Shown here: positions 35,827 to 46,794 of the stretch, piece after piece
How positions within the stretch are numbered: position 1 is the stretch's first letter
Layout: every line of letters begins with the position of its first letter
Source of the DNA: Gaiellales bacterium
GTDB lineage: Bacteria > Actinomycetota > Thermoleophilia > RBG-16-64-13
Assembly: GCA_012719395.1 (NCBI GenBank)
Contig: JAAYAL010000025.1
Span: 8,558-72,557 of the forward strand
Length of the DNA stretch: 64,000 nucleotides
Reading direction: 5' to 3'
Program-made: the position numbers and the translations under genes
Notes under the pieces: model-generated
Seen by the model: only the letters and a program-made list of their open reading frames with translations
Databases searched by the model: none
Told to the model about the DNA's origin: nothing

Positions 35827-37242
35827 GTGAAGACAACGGTCACCGAGCAGGAGGGCAGGAAGGCCCGGGTTGAGGTCGAGGTTTCGACTGAAGAGGTTGG
35901 AAAGGCCTTCGACGCCACGCTGGCCGGGCTGGCCCGAGAAGTCCGCCTCCCCGGTTTCCGCAAGGGTAGGGTTCCCCGTCCTGTGCTCATACAGCGTCTG
36001 GGCATGGAAGGCATCACGCAGCAGGTGCTGGACGACCACATGGATGAGTGGGGTCAGAAGGCCATTGACGAGAGCGGGTTGCAGGCTATCGATGTGGTGG
36101 AGCCACCGCACCACGATGGGGTACCTGAGCAAGGTTCCCCCTTCGTGTTCTCCGTGCTCCTGCAGCTCGTGCCCATCCCGGAGCTCGGTCAGTACAAAGG
36201 CGTGGAGGCACCCCGGGAGGACGCTGAGGTCAAGGATGGTGACGTGGACTTCCAGGTCAACAGGCTGCGCGAGGAATTCGCCAACCTGCGGCCTGTCTCC
36301 GGTCGCCCCGCCGTACAGGGCGACTACGTGACTGTTGATTTCGCGGGCTCTCTGGAGGGAGAGCCGGTAGAAGCCGCCGCGGCGGAGGACTATGTCTTGG
36401 AGTTGGGCAGCGGGCGTGTCCTGGCCGAGCTGGAGCAGGGCATCGAGGGCATGGAGGCGGGTGCGGAGAAGGTTGTTTCCGTGCCGTACGCTGAGGATTG
36501 GCCGGAAGAGAAGCTGGCAGGCAAGACGGCGGAGTTCACGGTGAAGTTGAAGGAGATAAAGGAGAAGATACTGCCGCCGTTGAACGATGAGTTCGCGAAG
36601 GACGTGAGTGAATTCGCGTCGTTGCTGGAGCTGCGGCTTGACATCCGCCGCAAGCTGCAGGGGGCCAAGGAGTCGGCGGCAAAGTCCAGGTTCCGCGCGG
36701 CAGCCGTGCAGAAGGCGGTGGACAACGCCACGGTGGAGATACCGGAGGTCATGGTCGTCCGGCAGTCTGAGAGCATGATGCAGGACTACCTGCGTTCCCT
36801 GGAGGCGCGCGGGATAGACCTGAAGGCGTTCATGGAGGCCAGCAAGGAGCACCTGGGGAGCATGATGCTCCAGATGAGGCCGGAAGCGGAGAACATGGTA
36901 AAAACCGGTCTGGTGCTCGATGCCATTGTGGAGAAGGAGCAGCTGGAGGTCTCCGAGCAGGAGGTCGACGAGATTGTGAAGCCGCTGGCCGAAGCGGGCA
37001 AGTCGGATCCGGCTGACCTGCGGGAACGCTTGGAGCAGTCTGGTAGAATTGAATCGATCAGGCAGAACCTGCTGCGCGACAAGGCGGCCGGTTTGATCGA
37101 GAGCAACGCCTTGGCCGTTGACCGCTCTGAGGCTTCAACTGAGACAGCGGATGCGGAGACGCCGGGCGAAATGGGAGAAGAGACGGCGGAGTCTGCCACC
37201 GCCGCCGAAGGGACGGCAGCGCCGGAGTCGGGGGAAGCGTAG
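35827..37242 (+). CDS. tig: trigger factor
   Basis: GTG start after AGGAAAGGAA. '[14 protein letters not shown]' PPIase/TF signature. Confidence 0.9.
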   Translation: MKTTVTEQEGRKARVEVEVSTEEVGKAFDATLAGLAREVRLPGFRKGRVPRPVLIQRLGMEGITQQVLDDHMDEWGQKAIDESGLQAIDVVEPPHHDGVPEQGSPFVFSVLLQLVPIPELGQYKGVEAPREDAEVKDGDVDFQVNRLREEFANLRPVSGRPAVQGDYVTVDFAGSLEGEPVEAAAAEDYVLELGSGRVLAELEQGIEGMEAGAEKVVSVPYAEDWPEEKLAGKTAEFTVKLKEIKEKILPPLNDEFAKDVSEFASLLELRLDIRRKLQGAKESAAKSRFRAAAVQKAVDNATVEIPEVMVVRQSESMMQDYLRSLEARGIDLKAFMEASKEHLGSMMLQMRPEAENMVKTGLVLDAIVEKEQLEVSEQEVDEIVKPLAEAGKSDPADLRERLEQSGRIESIRQNLLRDKAAGLIESNALAVDRSEASTETADAETPGEMGEETAESATAAEGTAAPESGEA

Positions 37243-37277
37243 GGGATTCCCACGCACAGCGCACTGGAGGAGGCATC

Positions 37278-37862
37278 TTGAGTCCACTGATCCCCATGGT
37301 CGTCGAGCAAACCAGCCGCGGGGAACGGGCGTTCGACATCTACTCGCGTCTGTTGAGCGAGCGCATCATATTCCTGGGCACTCCTGTGAATGATCAGGTA
37401 GCCAACCTCACTATTGCTCAGTTGTTGCACCTTGAGTCGGAGGACCCGGACAAGGACATCAACATCTACATCAACAGCCCCGGGGGCAGCGTTTACTCCG
37501 GTCTTGCTATCTACGACACCATCCAGTTCATCAAGCCACAGGTGTCCACCATCTGCCTGGGGGTGGCCATGTCCATGGGGGCCCTGCTGCTTGCGGCCGG
37601 CAGCGCCGGCAAGCGCTACTGCCTACCCAACTCCAAGGTGCTGATCCATCAGCTGTCAGGTGGCTTCCAGGGCCCGGCCAGCGATATCGAGATCCATGCC
37701 CGCGAGGCGCTCAGCCTACGTCATCGCCTGGACGAGATCCTGGCCAAGCACACAAACCAGCCGTTGGAGAAGGTGGAGAAGGACACGGAGCGCGACTACT
37801 TCCTCTCCGCGGAGGAAGCGCTGGAGTATGGGATCATCGACAAGATTCTCGAGCACCGCTGA
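37278..37862 (+). CDS. clpP: ATP-dependent Clp protease proteolytic subunit
   Basis: TTG after GGAGGAGG. '[14 protein letters not shown]...LPNS..LIHQ' Ser-His-Asp triad region. Confidence 0.9.
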   Translation: MSPLIPMVVEQTSRGERAFDIYSRLLSERIIFLGTPVNDQVANLTIAQLLHLESEDPDKDINIYINSPGGSVYSGLAIYDTIQFIKPQVSTICLGVAMSMGALLLAAGSAGKRYCLPNSKVLIHQLSGGFQGPASDIEIHAREALSLRHRLDEILAKHTNQPLEKVEKDTERDYFLSAEEALEYGIIDKILEHR

Positions 37863-37900
37863 TGGCGGCACGGCGGAGAGACTGAGGCGGGGAGGCGGCG

Positions 37901-39175
37901 GTGCCCAAGACAACGGGTGGCTCAGAGCAGCTTCTGTGCAGCTTCTGCGGGAAGAGCCAGCGTCAGGTCAAGAAGCTGATCGCAGGTCCCGGCGTCTACA
38001 TTTGTGACGAGTGCATCGACCTTTGTAACGAGATCATTGACGAGGAGATGGTCTCGCCCGCTCCGCTGGAGCTCGATTCCCTGCCCAAGCCTCGTGAGAT
38101 CTACCAGGTGCTGGAGGACTACGTGGTAGGTCAGGAGGAGGCCAAACGTACCCTGGCCGTGGCTGTCTACAATCACTACAAGCGCGTGCAGATGGCCGCC
38201 TCGGCGGATCCGGAAGTGGAGTTGCAGAAGTCGAATATCCTGCTCATCGGCCCCACCGGCTGCGGCAAGACCCTGCTGGCGCAGACTCTGGCCCGCTGTC
38301 TCAACGTCCCCTTCGCCATCGCGGACGCCACGGCGCTCACCGAGGCCGGGTACGTGGGCGAGGACGTGGAGAACATCCTGCTCAAGCTCATCCAGGCCGC
38401 GGACTATGACGTCAAGAAGGCGGAGACGGGCATCATCTATGTGGACGAGGTGGACAAGATCGCCCGCAAGAGCGACAACCCCTCCATCACGCGTGATGTC
38501 TCGGGCGAGGGCGTGCAGCAGGCGCTGCTCAAGATTCTGGAGGGGACCACAGCCAGCGTGCCGCCACAGGGGGGTCGCAAGCACCCGCACCAGGAGTTCC
38601 TCACCATTGACACCACCAACATCCTCTTCATCTGTGGTGGCGCGTTCGCCGGCTTGGAGAAGATCGTCGAGCGCAGGATAGGCAAGAAGGGTGTGGGCTT
38701 CGGCGCGGACATCGAAAGCCGTGAGGAGCGTGACCTTGGCGAGCTCTTCGCCCAGGTTCTGCCGGAGGATCTGCTGGAGTTCGGGCTGATCCCCGAGTTC
38801 ATAGGCCGGCTTCCCGTCATCTCCCACGTCCACCAACTGACGCGGCCGGATTTCATGACCATCCTGACGGAGCCCAAGAACTCGTTGGTCCGCCAGTATC
38901 ACAAGTTCTTCTCCTTTGACGGCGTGGAGCTCGTCTTCCAACGGGAGGCCTTGGAGGCCATCGCGGAGAGGACGCTCAAGCTGGGAACGGGAGCCCGTGG
39001 TCTTCGCTCCATCATTGAGGGAGCCTTGCTCTCCACCATGTTCGACCTGCCCAGTCGGCGTGATGTCATGAAGTGTGTGGTGACGCGCGAAGTCATCGAG
39101 CGTGGCCTCGAGCCCACCTTGGTGACGGCCAGCACCGACGGGGAAGAGCTGGACCTGGCTCAAGAATCCGCCTAG
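37901..39175 (+). CDS. clpX: Clp protease ATP-binding subunit ClpX
   Basis: Zn-binding 'CSFCGK...CDECI', Walker A 'GPTGCGKT'. Confidence 0.9.
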   Translation: MPKTTGGSEQLLCSFCGKSQRQVKKLIAGPGVYICDECIDLCNEIIDEEMVSPAPLELDSLPKPREIYQVLEDYVVGQEEAKRTLAVAVYNHYKRVQMAASADPEVELQKSNILLIGPTGCGKTLLAQTLARCLNVPFAIADATALTEAGYVGEDVENILLKLIQAADYDVKKAETGIIYVDEVDKIARKSDNPSITRDVSGEGVQQALLKILEGTTASVPPQGGRKHPHQEFLTIDTTNILFICGGAFAGLEKIVERRIGKKGVGFGADIESREERDLGELFAQVLPEDLLEFGLIPEFIGRLPVISHVHQLTRPDFMTILTEPKNSLVRQYHKFFSFDGVELVFQREALEAIAERTLKLGTGARGLRSIIEGALLSTMFDLPSRRDVMKCVVTREVIERGLEPTLVTASTDGEELDLAQESA

Positions 39176-39187
39176 CCGGGAGAAGAC

Positions 39188-41701
39188 GTGGCTGTTGCGC
39201 AGCGCCCGCTGCCCCTGGTAACCACTCGCGATCTGGTCCTCTTCCCCAAGATGGTGGCTCCTCTCTTCGCCGGGAGGGAGACGTCGATACGCTCCTTGGA
39301 GCAGGCCTACCAGCTGGGGGGGCTGGCGGTGGTGGGGTTGCACAAGCCGGGTGCGGCAGAGGAACCGGGGGCGGATGATGTGCTGCGTGTTGCTACGTTG
39401 GCCAAAGTGGTGCAGTTCCTGCGAATGCCGGATGGCTCCGTCAAGGCCCTGGTGGAAGGCCTCAGCCGTGTGGCAATCGAAAGCTTTGACCAACAGCATC
39501 CCTATCCTGCTGTGGTCTTCCGCGTGCTTCGTCCCAAGCGGCCTCGCCATCGCACGCACCTACGCGCCTTGATGGACGCGGTGGGGCGGGAGTTTGCGGT
39601 CTACGTGATGAACTCCCCCGAGCTCCCGGAGGAAGCGGAGACGGCTATCGACGCCGTGACCGACCCGGATGACCTGGCCAACACCGTAGCGGCGCATATG
39701 GCCATCAGCGTGGACCGGAAGCAGGACTTGCTGGAAGGAGAGGACACCCAGGCCCGTCTCCTGCGGGTGCTGGAGTGCCTCATGCAGGAAAACGAGTTCC
39801 TGGACATCGAACAGGACATATCCTCCCGGGTGCACGAGAACCTCCATCGTCATCAGCGCCAGGCCTTCCTGCGGGAGCGCATGCGCGTCTTGCGCGAGGA
39901 ACTGGAAGATGAGGAGGATGAGCCGGGGGAGCAGTCCTCCTACCTCAAGTCGCTCAAGGAGAAGAGCATCCCGGGGTCGGCGTCTGGGTTCCTGGAGAAG
40001 GAGATCCGGCGCTTGGGGGATCTGCAGCCCTACTCGGCGGAGCTGGCGGCGGCCAAGAGCTATCTGGATCACGCGCTGGGGCTGCCGTGGGGGACGCTGA
40101 GCGGTGCCGGCGAGCCGGACGTGGCCGTGGTGGCCCGGGTGCTGGAGGAGACGCACTACGGCCTCAAGGACGTGAAGGACAGGGTGGTGGAGTATCTGGC
40201 CGTGACTCGGTTGCGGGGTGGCGCCCCTCCCAACACTACACTGTGTTTCGTCGGGCCGCCCGGGGTGGGCAAGACCTCGGTGGCCTTGGCCATTGCCAAG
40301 GGCTTGGGTCGGCCTCTGCAGCGCATCAGCCTGGGCGGCGTGAGGGACGAGGCCGAGATCCGCGGCCACCGGCGAACCTACGTGGGCTCCATGCCCGGGC
40401 GCATCATCGATGCTATCAAGCGGGCCGGGGTGGACGATCCGGTGATCGTCTTGGACGAGATTGACAAGATGACCGCAGACTGGCGTGGTGACCCGGCGGC
40501 GGCGCTGATGGAAGTGCTGGATCCGGTGCAGAACCAGTCCTTCCGCGATACCTATCTGGAACTGGACTACGACATCTCCAAGGTCCTCTTTCTGGCCACG
40601 GCCAACTACGAGGAGGATATTCCGGAAACGCTCTATGATCGCTTGGAGGTACTGCGTCTTCCCGGGTACACGGAGCGGGAGAAGGAGGAGATCGCCCGCC
40701 GGTACCTCATTCCCAAGATCGTCGGCGAGGCAGGGTTGGCGGAAGTGGGTGATGTGTTGACGCCGGCGTCGCTCGCCGCCATTATCCGCTGCTACACGCG
40801 TGAGGCCGGCGTGCGGGAGCTCTCCCGCTTGGTGGAGAAGGTCTACCGCAAGCTGGCACGGCAGCAGGTGGAGGGCAAGCCTCTGCCTCGTAGGCTGACG
40901 CCTCGGGCCTTGGAGCAGTACCTGGGCGCTCCCATTTTCACCAAGGCTCGGTTGGAGCAGGTGCCATGGGTGGGAGTGGTCATCGGGCTGGCCTACACCG
41001 GGGCCGGAGGTGACGTGCTGCGTATCGAGTCAGTGGTGGGGCCGGGCAAGGGCGACTTCCACGTGACCGGGCAACTGGGCGAGATCATGCAGGAGAGCGT
41101 GACCGCCGCCTGGGGGTACTTGAAGACCGCTATCGTGCGCGATGAGTTGCTCTCTGCGCTGTGGGCCATGTCTCCGGGTCGGGCCTACCTGGCGGACAAC
41201 ACTGCCCTGATGGATAGTGATAGCAGCGGGCGGGGGGGAACCGGGGTAACCGCATCCGTTGCCGGTGTGCCGGAGGAGGCAGAGGCGGAGGAGTGCGCGG
41301 AGCACGGTCCCAGCGACTACGAGATACTCTCCAGCCTTGAGATCCGTGTCCACATCCCGGAGGGCGCCGTGCCCAAGGAGGGCCCTTCGGCCGGCATTGC
41401 CGTGGCGGTGGCGCTGCTCTCGGCGCTCACCTACCATGCCGTGGCTCCCCGCGTAGCCCTTTCCGGCGAGATCACGCTCACCGGCCAGGTCTTGCCGGTT
41501 GGCGGTCTGAAGGAGAAACTGTTGGCGGCGCTACGTGAGGGCGTTGAGAAGGTCATTCTGCCTGTGGATGTGCGCCCCCAGGTTCAGGAGCTTCCCGCGG
41601 AGCTGAAGAGGGGCCTGGAATTTGTCTACGTCAGCAACTTCCGTGAGGTCCTGCCTCATGTGCTGCTGCTGGAAGAGAAGGAGGAAGAGCAGTGGCGGTA
41701 G
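39188..41701 (+). CDS. lon: Lon protease
   Basis: LON N-domain, Walker A 'GPPGVGKTS', proteolytic Ser 'PKEGPSAG'. Confidence 0.9.
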   Translation: MAVAQRPLPLVTTRDLVLFPKMVAPLFAGRETSIRSLEQAYQLGGLAVVGLHKPGAAEEPGADDVLRVATLAKVVQFLRMPDGSVKALVEGLSRVAIESFDQQHPYPAVVFRVLRPKRPRHRTHLRALMDAVGREFAVYVMNSPELPEEAETAIDAVTDPDDLANTVAAHMAISVDRKQDLLEGEDTQARLLRVLECLMQENEFLDIEQDISSRVHENLHRHQRQAFLRERMRVLREELEDEEDEPGEQSSYLKSLKEKSIPGSASGFLEKEIRRLGDLQPYSAELAAAKSYLDHALGLPWGTLSGAGEPDVAVVARVLEETHYGLKDVKDRVVEYLAVTRLRGGAPPNTTLCFVGPPGVGKTSVALAIAKGLGRPLQRISLGGVRDEAEIRGHRRTYVGSMPGRIIDAIKRAGVDDPVIVLDEIDKMTADWRGDPAAALMEVLDPVQNQSFRDTYLELDYDISKVLFLATANYEEDIPETLYDRLEVLRLPGYTEREKEEIARRYLIPKIVGEAGLAEVGDVLTPASLAAIIRCYTREAGVRELSRLVEKVYRKLARQQVEGKPLPRRLTPRALEQYLGAPIFTKARLEQVPWVGVVIGLAYTGAGGDVLRIESVVGPGKGDFHVTGQLGEIMQESVTAAWGYLKTAIVRDELLSALWAMSPGRAYLADNTALMDSDSSGRGGTGVTASVAGVPEEAEAEECAEHGPSDYEILSSLEIRVHIPEGAVPKEGPSAGIAVAVALLSALTYHAVAPRVALSGEITLTGQVLPVGGLKEKLLAALREGVEKVILPVDVRPQVQELPAELKRGLEFVYVSNFREVLPHVLLLEEKEEEQWR

Positions 41702-41706
41702 TAAGC

Positions 41707-44409
41707 ATGGCCGCTCGCTACTTGCCGGCAGAGGTGGAGCAGCGGCTGATGACGCAATGGTTGGAGGCTTCCGCCTTCCGCGCGCGGATTGACGCTCCGG
41801 GTGAGCCCTATTCCATAGTCATCCCGCCGCCCAACGTAACCGGCTCATTGCACATGGGGCACGCGCTCAACTCCACCATCCAGGACATCCTCACACGGTA
41901 TAACCACAAGCTGGGGCGCAATACGCTGTGGTTGGTGGGGACAGACCATGCCGGCATTGCCACCCAGAACAAGGTGGAGGTGGCGCTGGCGGCCGAGGTG
42001 GGGAAGCGCAAGGAAGACATCGGTCGGGCGGCTTTTGAGGAGCGCGTGTGGGAGTGGCGTCGCGCCTACGGTTCCACCATCATCCACCAGCTGAAGCGCC
42101 TTGGCTGCAGCTGTGACTATGAGCGCGAGCGCTTCACCATGGACGAGGCGTACCAGAAGGCAGTGGCTCGGGTCTTCGTGGATCTGTACAACAAAGGGGA
42201 CATCTACCGCGATGTCTACCTGGTCAACTGGTGCACACGCTGCGGCTCCGCCATCTCTGACCTGGAGGTGGAGCATTTCGAGCGTCAGGACAAGCTCTAC
42301 TACGTGCGTTACCCGGTGGAGGGGGAGGACGACTTCCTCACCGTGGCCACCACCCGCCCGGAGACCATCCTGGGGGACACGGCGGTGGCCGTCAACCCCC
42401 GCGACCCTCGCTACGGCAAGTACGTGGGCAAGAGGGCACGCGTGCCGCTCACTGATCGCTGGGTGCCCATCATCGCCGATGAGCATGTGGACATTGAGTT
42501 CGGGACCGGCGCGCTCAAGATCACGCCGGCGCACGACCCCGACGATTTCGAGATAGGCCTGCGCCACAAACTGGAGTCCATCTCCGTCATCACGCCCGAC
42601 GGCCGCATGATCGCCGAGGCGGGGGAGTTGGCTGGCATGGATATGGGCCAAGCCCGCGACGTCTCCATCTCCTTGCTGGAGAAGGAAGGGCTCTTCGTCA
42701 AGGACGAGGACTACACGCACAAGGTGGGGCATTGCTATCGCTGCGGCACGGTCATCGAGCCGCTGCTCTCCCTGCAGTGGTTCATGAACATGGAGCGGCT
42801 GGTCAAGCCGGCCATTGCGGCGGTGGAAGACGGCCGTGTTCGGTTTGCCCCGGAGCGCTGGGGCGGTGTCTACCTGGATTGGATGAGAGGAATCCGTCCG
42901 TGGTGCATCAGCCGCCAGCTGTGGTGGGGTCACCGCCTGCCGGTGTGGTACTGCGATGCCTGCGGTGAGATGGTGGTGTCCACGGTGGAGCCGCAGGGCT
43001 GCCCCGGCTGTGGCGGGGAACTGCGTCGCGAGGAAGACGTGCTGGACACCTGGTTCAGCTCCGCCCTCTGGCCTTTCGCCACCTTGGGTTGGCCGGAGCA
43101 GACACCGGAGCTGTCGAAGTACTACCCTACCTCGGTGCTGTCCACGGCGCGGGACATCATCTATCTGTGGGTGGCCCGCATGATCATGACCGGCCTGGAG
43201 TTCCCGGGCGACGTTCCCTTCAAGGACGTCATCATCCATCCCACCATCATGGCCGCGGACGGCCGGCGCATGAGCAAGAGTCTGGGTACGGGGGTGGACC
43301 CGCTGGAGCTGATCGACGAGTACGGGGCGGATGCCACGCGGTTCGGCCTGGTGTACATGAGCTCGGTGCAGGACGTGCGTTTCAGCAATGAGCGCATTGA
43401 GATGGGCCGCAACTTCGCCAACAAGATCTGGAACGCCAGCCGCTTCGTGCTGCAGGGCGTGCCGGAGGGGGCCCGGGCGGCGGCCGACCCGGAGACGGCG
43501 GCAGACCGCTGGATTCTCAGCCGCCTTTCCGCCGTCACCGCCGACCTGATCCGTCTCTACGAGTCATACGATTTCGCGGAGGCGGCTCGGGTCATCTATC
43601 GCTTCGTTTGGAACGAGTTCTGTGACTGGTACGTGGAGATGGCCAAGGCCCGCCTCTACGGCCAGGACGCCACGGCACGGGATCGTGTGGCGGGCAACCT
43701 GCTGTTCGTCTTGGAGCATCTGCTGGGGCTGCTGCATCCACTGATGCCCTTCGTCACGGAGGAGATCTACCGCCATCTACCGGGCATGCAAGTGGAGGCG
43801 GATGGTCGGGCCGCACAGGAGGCGGCTTCGCCGGCCATGCGTCCCGCCATGCTCTTTGAGGCGCCCTTCCCGCGGCCGGAGCCGGCCTGGTCAGACTCCG
43901 CGGCGGAGAAGGCCATGGACGTGTTCGCTACCGTGGTGACAGGCTTGCGCTCCACGCGCGAGGAACTGGAGATCCCTCGGGCCACGGTGGGCCGGGTATG
44001 GCTGGTGGCGCCGCGGCCGGAGGCGGCGGCGGCCATTGCTCAGCAATCGGAATCCTTCCGGCAACTCTGCGGCTGTGAGTGTGTTGATGTGGTGGGGGAT
44101 GAAGCGGACGTACCGGCGGGGCGGCACGCCTCCATCGAGGTCCCGGGAGCCGGGGTGACGGCGCTGCTTGATCTCACCGACTTGGTGGACGTGGAGAAGG
44201 AGAAGAGCCGGTTGCTGAGCCGGGCGGCCAAGGCGCGCCAGGAATGGGCGCGGTCGCAGGCCAAGCTCGGCAAGGAGTCCTTTGTGGCTCGGGCTCCGGC
44301 CGAAGTGGTGGAGGAAGAGCGCAACAGGCTGGCTCAAGCGGAGGCGGCCCTGGCTGACATCTCCCGCCGCTACCGCGAGCGGGTGGGCGAAGAGCTGCCG
44401 CCCGCGTAG
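41707..44409 (+). CDS. valS: valine--tRNA ligase
   Basis: 'PPNVTGSLHMGH' HIGH motif, 'KMSKS', coiled-coil C-terminus. Confidence 0.9.
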   Translation: MAARYLPAEVEQRLMTQWLEASAFRARIDAPGEPYSIVIPPPNVTGSLHMGHALNSTIQDILTRYNHKLGRNTLWLVGTDHAGIATQNKVEVALAAEVGKRKEDIGRAAFEERVWEWRRAYGSTIIHQLKRLGCSCDYERERFTMDEAYQKAVARVFVDLYNKGDIYRDVYLVNWCTRCGSAISDLEVEHFERQDKLYYVRYPVEGEDDFLTVATTRPETILGDTAVAVNPRDPRYGKYVGKRARVPLTDRWVPIIADEHVDIEFGTGALKITPAHDPDDFEIGLRHKLESISVITPDGRMIAEAGELAGMDMGQARDVSISLLEKEGLFVKDEDYTHKVGHCYRCGTVIEPLLSLQWFMNMERLVKPAIAAVEDGRVRFAPERWGGVYLDWMRGIRPWCISRQLWWGHRLPVWYCDACGEMVVSTVEPQGCPGCGGELRREEDVLDTWFSSALWPFATLGWPEQTPELSKYYPTSVLSTARDIIYLWVARMIMTGLEFPGDVPFKDVIIHPTIMAADGRRMSKSLGTGVDPLELIDEYGADATRFGLVYMSSVQDVRFSNERIEMGRNFANKIWNASRFVLQGVPEGARAAADPETAADRWILSRLSAVTADLIRLYESYDFAEAARVIYRFVWNEFCDWYVEMAKARLYGQDATARDRVAGNLLFVLEHLLGLLHPLMPFVTEEIYRHLPGMQVEADGRAAQEAASPAMRPAMLFEAPFPRPEPAWSDSAAEKAMDVFATVVTGLRSTREELEIPRATVGRVWLVAPRPEAAAAIAQQSESFRQLCGCECVDVVGDEADVPAGRHASIEVPGAGVTALLDLTDLVDVEKEKSRLLSRAAKARQEWARSQAKLGKESFVARAPAEVVEEERNRLAQAEAALADISRRYRERVGEELPPA

Positions 44410-44451
44410 CGCGGCGGCCGCAGGGCAGGCGAGAAAGCCGGAGGTTCAGGT

Positions 44452-45753
44452 TTGGGCGACGAGGCGGCGAGGGAGTACCTGGACGGCCTGGACCGGCTGG
44501 GCATGAGGTTCGGGCTGGAACGGATGCAGGCGCTGATGGAGGTGCTGGGTTCGCCCCAGCTGGCGTACCGGACCGTGCACGTGGTGGGGACAAACGGCAA
44601 GACTTCCACCACTCGTTTTATCGCGGGTATCCTGAGGGCGCACGGCCTGCGCGTGGGAGCATACATCTCGCCGCACCTGGTGTCCCCGGCGGAGCGGCAG
44701 ATGGTGGACGGCCTGGCCATCCTGGAGCCGGATTTCTGGACGCTGGTGGAGGAACTGCGACCGGCCGTGGAGGAAGCGGAGAAGCGGTTGCCGGAGGGTC
44801 ATCGTGTCACCCAGTTCGAGTTCCTCACCGCGCTGGCCTTTGAGTGGTTCCGCCGGCAGGGATGCGATGCCGCCGTCATCGAGGCAGGGCTGGGGGGCAG
44901 GTTGGACGCCACCAGCGTCATCCAATCCGACGTGCAGGTGCTCACCTCGGTGGGTCTTGATCACACCGACTATCTTGGGCAGTCGCTGGATGCCATTCTG
45001 GCGGAGAAGGCGGCGGTGGTGCGCCCGGGTGGCAAGGTGATGGCGGGTCCCCTCGCTCCCCAGCTCAAGGCACAGTTGCGGGATATCTGCCGTGACCTGC
45101 AGGCGGAGATCCGCTTCCAGGACGAGGACGTTTCTCTCCTGGCGGACAGCCATCAAAGCCCCTTTGACGTCTTCTCTTTCAAGGGCTCCTACAGTGATCT
45201 CTCGCTGGGGGTCTTGGGACTGTATCAACGGGAGAACGCGGGTGTGGCCATTGGTGCGGCGGAGCTGTTCATGAACGGGCCCCTGGAGGCGGACCGGTTG
45301 CGCCGGGCGCTGGCGGAAGTCAGGGTCCCGGGCCGGATGGAAGTCATGAGCCAGAAACCGCTCTGCATCCTGGACGGGGCGCACAACCCGCAGGGCATGG
45401 GTGAACTGCTACGGGCCTTGGACGTCTTGCTGCCGCGGCGCCGCTTCATCTCGGTGGTTTCTATTCTGCGGGACAAAGATGCCGAGGCCATGCTGGCCCA
45501 GATAGGCCCCCACTGCGATATTCTGTTCTTCACCGAAAACAGCAATGACCGGTCGTGCTCGGCGGAGGAGTTGACGCAGCTGTCAGATGGGGTCTTGGCA
45601 CCCAACGGTGAGAGGGGGCCGGAGGTCTTTGTGGACAGGGACCCCTGTTCGGCGCTACGCAGCGCCTACAAATTGGCTTCGTCGAACCAGGTGGTATTGG
45701 TCACCGGTTCGCTGTATCTCATAGCGGACGTCAAACGCAACCTGTCTCGGTGA
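44452..45753 (+). CDS. folC: folylpolyglutamate synthase / dihydrofolate synthase
   Basis: 'VVGTNGKTST' Mur-ligase P-loop. TTG start eight nt after GGAGG. Confidence 0.8.
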   Translation: MGDEAAREYLDGLDRLGMRFGLERMQALMEVLGSPQLAYRTVHVVGTNGKTSTTRFIAGILRAHGLRVGAYISPHLVSPAERQMVDGLAILEPDFWTLVEELRPAVEEAEKRLPEGHRVTQFEFLTALAFEWFRRQGCDAAVIEAGLGGRLDATSVIQSDVQVLTSVGLDHTDYLGQSLDAILAEKAAVVRPGGKVMAGPLAPQLKAQLRDICRDLQAEIRFQDEDVSLLADSHQSPFDVFSFKGSYSDLSLGVLGLYQRENAGVAIGAAELFMNGPLEADRLRRALAEVRVPGRMEVMSQKPLCILDGAHNPQGMGELLRALDVLLPRRRFISVVSILRDKDAEAMLAQIGPHCDILFFTENSNDRSCSAEELTQLSDGVLAPNGERGPEVFVDRDPCSALRSAYKLASSNQVVLVTGSLYLIADVKRNLSR

Positions 45754-45855
45754 GAAACACGATCGCGTCTGGGGGTCGAGTGGTATCCTTCGGCGTCGGT
45801 TCGGGCGCAGATGCGTTCCTCGCCGGCCGGTTCACGCGTGAGAGAGGGATTGGGC

Positions 45856-46356
45856 GTGGAGAACACGTTTGAGACCGTACGGCAGATCCTCGGGTCGCCG
45901 CTGTGGGGGGTGGCGGGTCGGGTGGTCCTGGTTGCCTTGGGGATCCTGTGGCTGGCCCTTGTCTTCTGGACCTTCAAGGACGCGCGCCAACGAATCGAAG
46001 ACAAGCTGGTGGTAGTGGTGGCGGTTCTGACGTCGCTGGTCTTCCCGTTCATCGGCTCGTTGGTCTACCTCATTCTGCGACCGGCAGAGTACCTGATGGA
46101 TGCCAAGGAGCGGGAGCTGGAGATACTGGCCATGGAGCAGGAATTGCGCTCGGTGCGCATCTGCCCCAACTGCCGCGAGCCGGTGAGGGAGGAATTCGTG
46201 GCCTGCCCCAAGTGCCGCCGGCCGCTGCGGGACACGTGTGCGAGCTGTGGACGCCCCCTCGAGTACTGGTGGAAGCTCTGCCCGTATTGCGGCCGCGACG
46301 TGATCGCGTCCCACCGGGGGGTGGAGGAAACCGCCGAGTTGCTGGAAGTCAACTGA
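45856..46356 (+). CDS. membrane protein with C-terminal double zinc ribbon
   Basis: Two TM helices, then 'CPNCREP...CPKCRRP...CASCGRP...CPYCGRD'. Confidence 0.5.
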   Translation: MENTFETVRQILGSPLWGVAGRVVLVALGILWLALVFWTFKDARQRIEDKLVVVVAVLTSLVFPFIGSLVYLILRPAEYLMDAKERELEILAMEQELRSVRICPNCREPVREEFVACPKCRRPLRDTCASCGRPLEYWWKLCPYCGRDVIASHRGVEETAELLEVN

Positions 46357-46368
46357 GGAGGAAGAGTC

Positions 46369-46791
46369 GTGGCTCTGGAACGTACGCTGGTGCTGGTCAA
46401 ACCCAACGGTGTGGCTCGTGGCTTGGTCGGAGAGATCATCGCCCGTTACGAGCACCGTGGGCTGACCATCCGCGGGCTCAAGCTGCTGCAGGTCGGCCGG
46501 GAGCTGGCGGAAGCGCACTACGCGGAGCACGTGGGCAAGGCCTTCTTCGCGGAGTTGGTTTCTTTCATCACTTCGGCTCCCATCGTGGCCATGGTGGTGG
46601 AGGGGCCGTCGGCCGTGCAGGTGGTGCGGGACATGAACGGCGCCACCAATCCGCTGAACGCCGCCCCCGGCACCATCCGCGGAGACTACGCGCTGGACAT
46701 GGGTGAGAACATCGTGCACGGGTCTGACGCCGTGGAGAGCGCCGAGCGTGAGATCGGGCTCTACTTCCAGCCCCACGAACTGGTCGGCTAG
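46369..46791 (+). CDS. ndk: nucleoside diphosphate kinase
   Basis: '[12 protein letters not shown]', 'NIVHGSD' catalytic His. Confidence 0.9.
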   Translation: MALERTLVLVKPNGVARGLVGEIIARYEHRGLTIRGLKLLQVGRELAEAHYAEHVGKAFFAELVSFITSAPIVAMVVEGPSAVQVVRDMNGATNPLNAAPGTIRGDYALDMGENIVHGSDAVESAEREIGLYFQPHELVG

Positions 46792-46794
46792 AGG

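Noticed and set aside
37922-40369. Long minus-strand ORFs antisense to clpX and lon
   Set aside because: clpX and lon are unambiguous on the plus strand.
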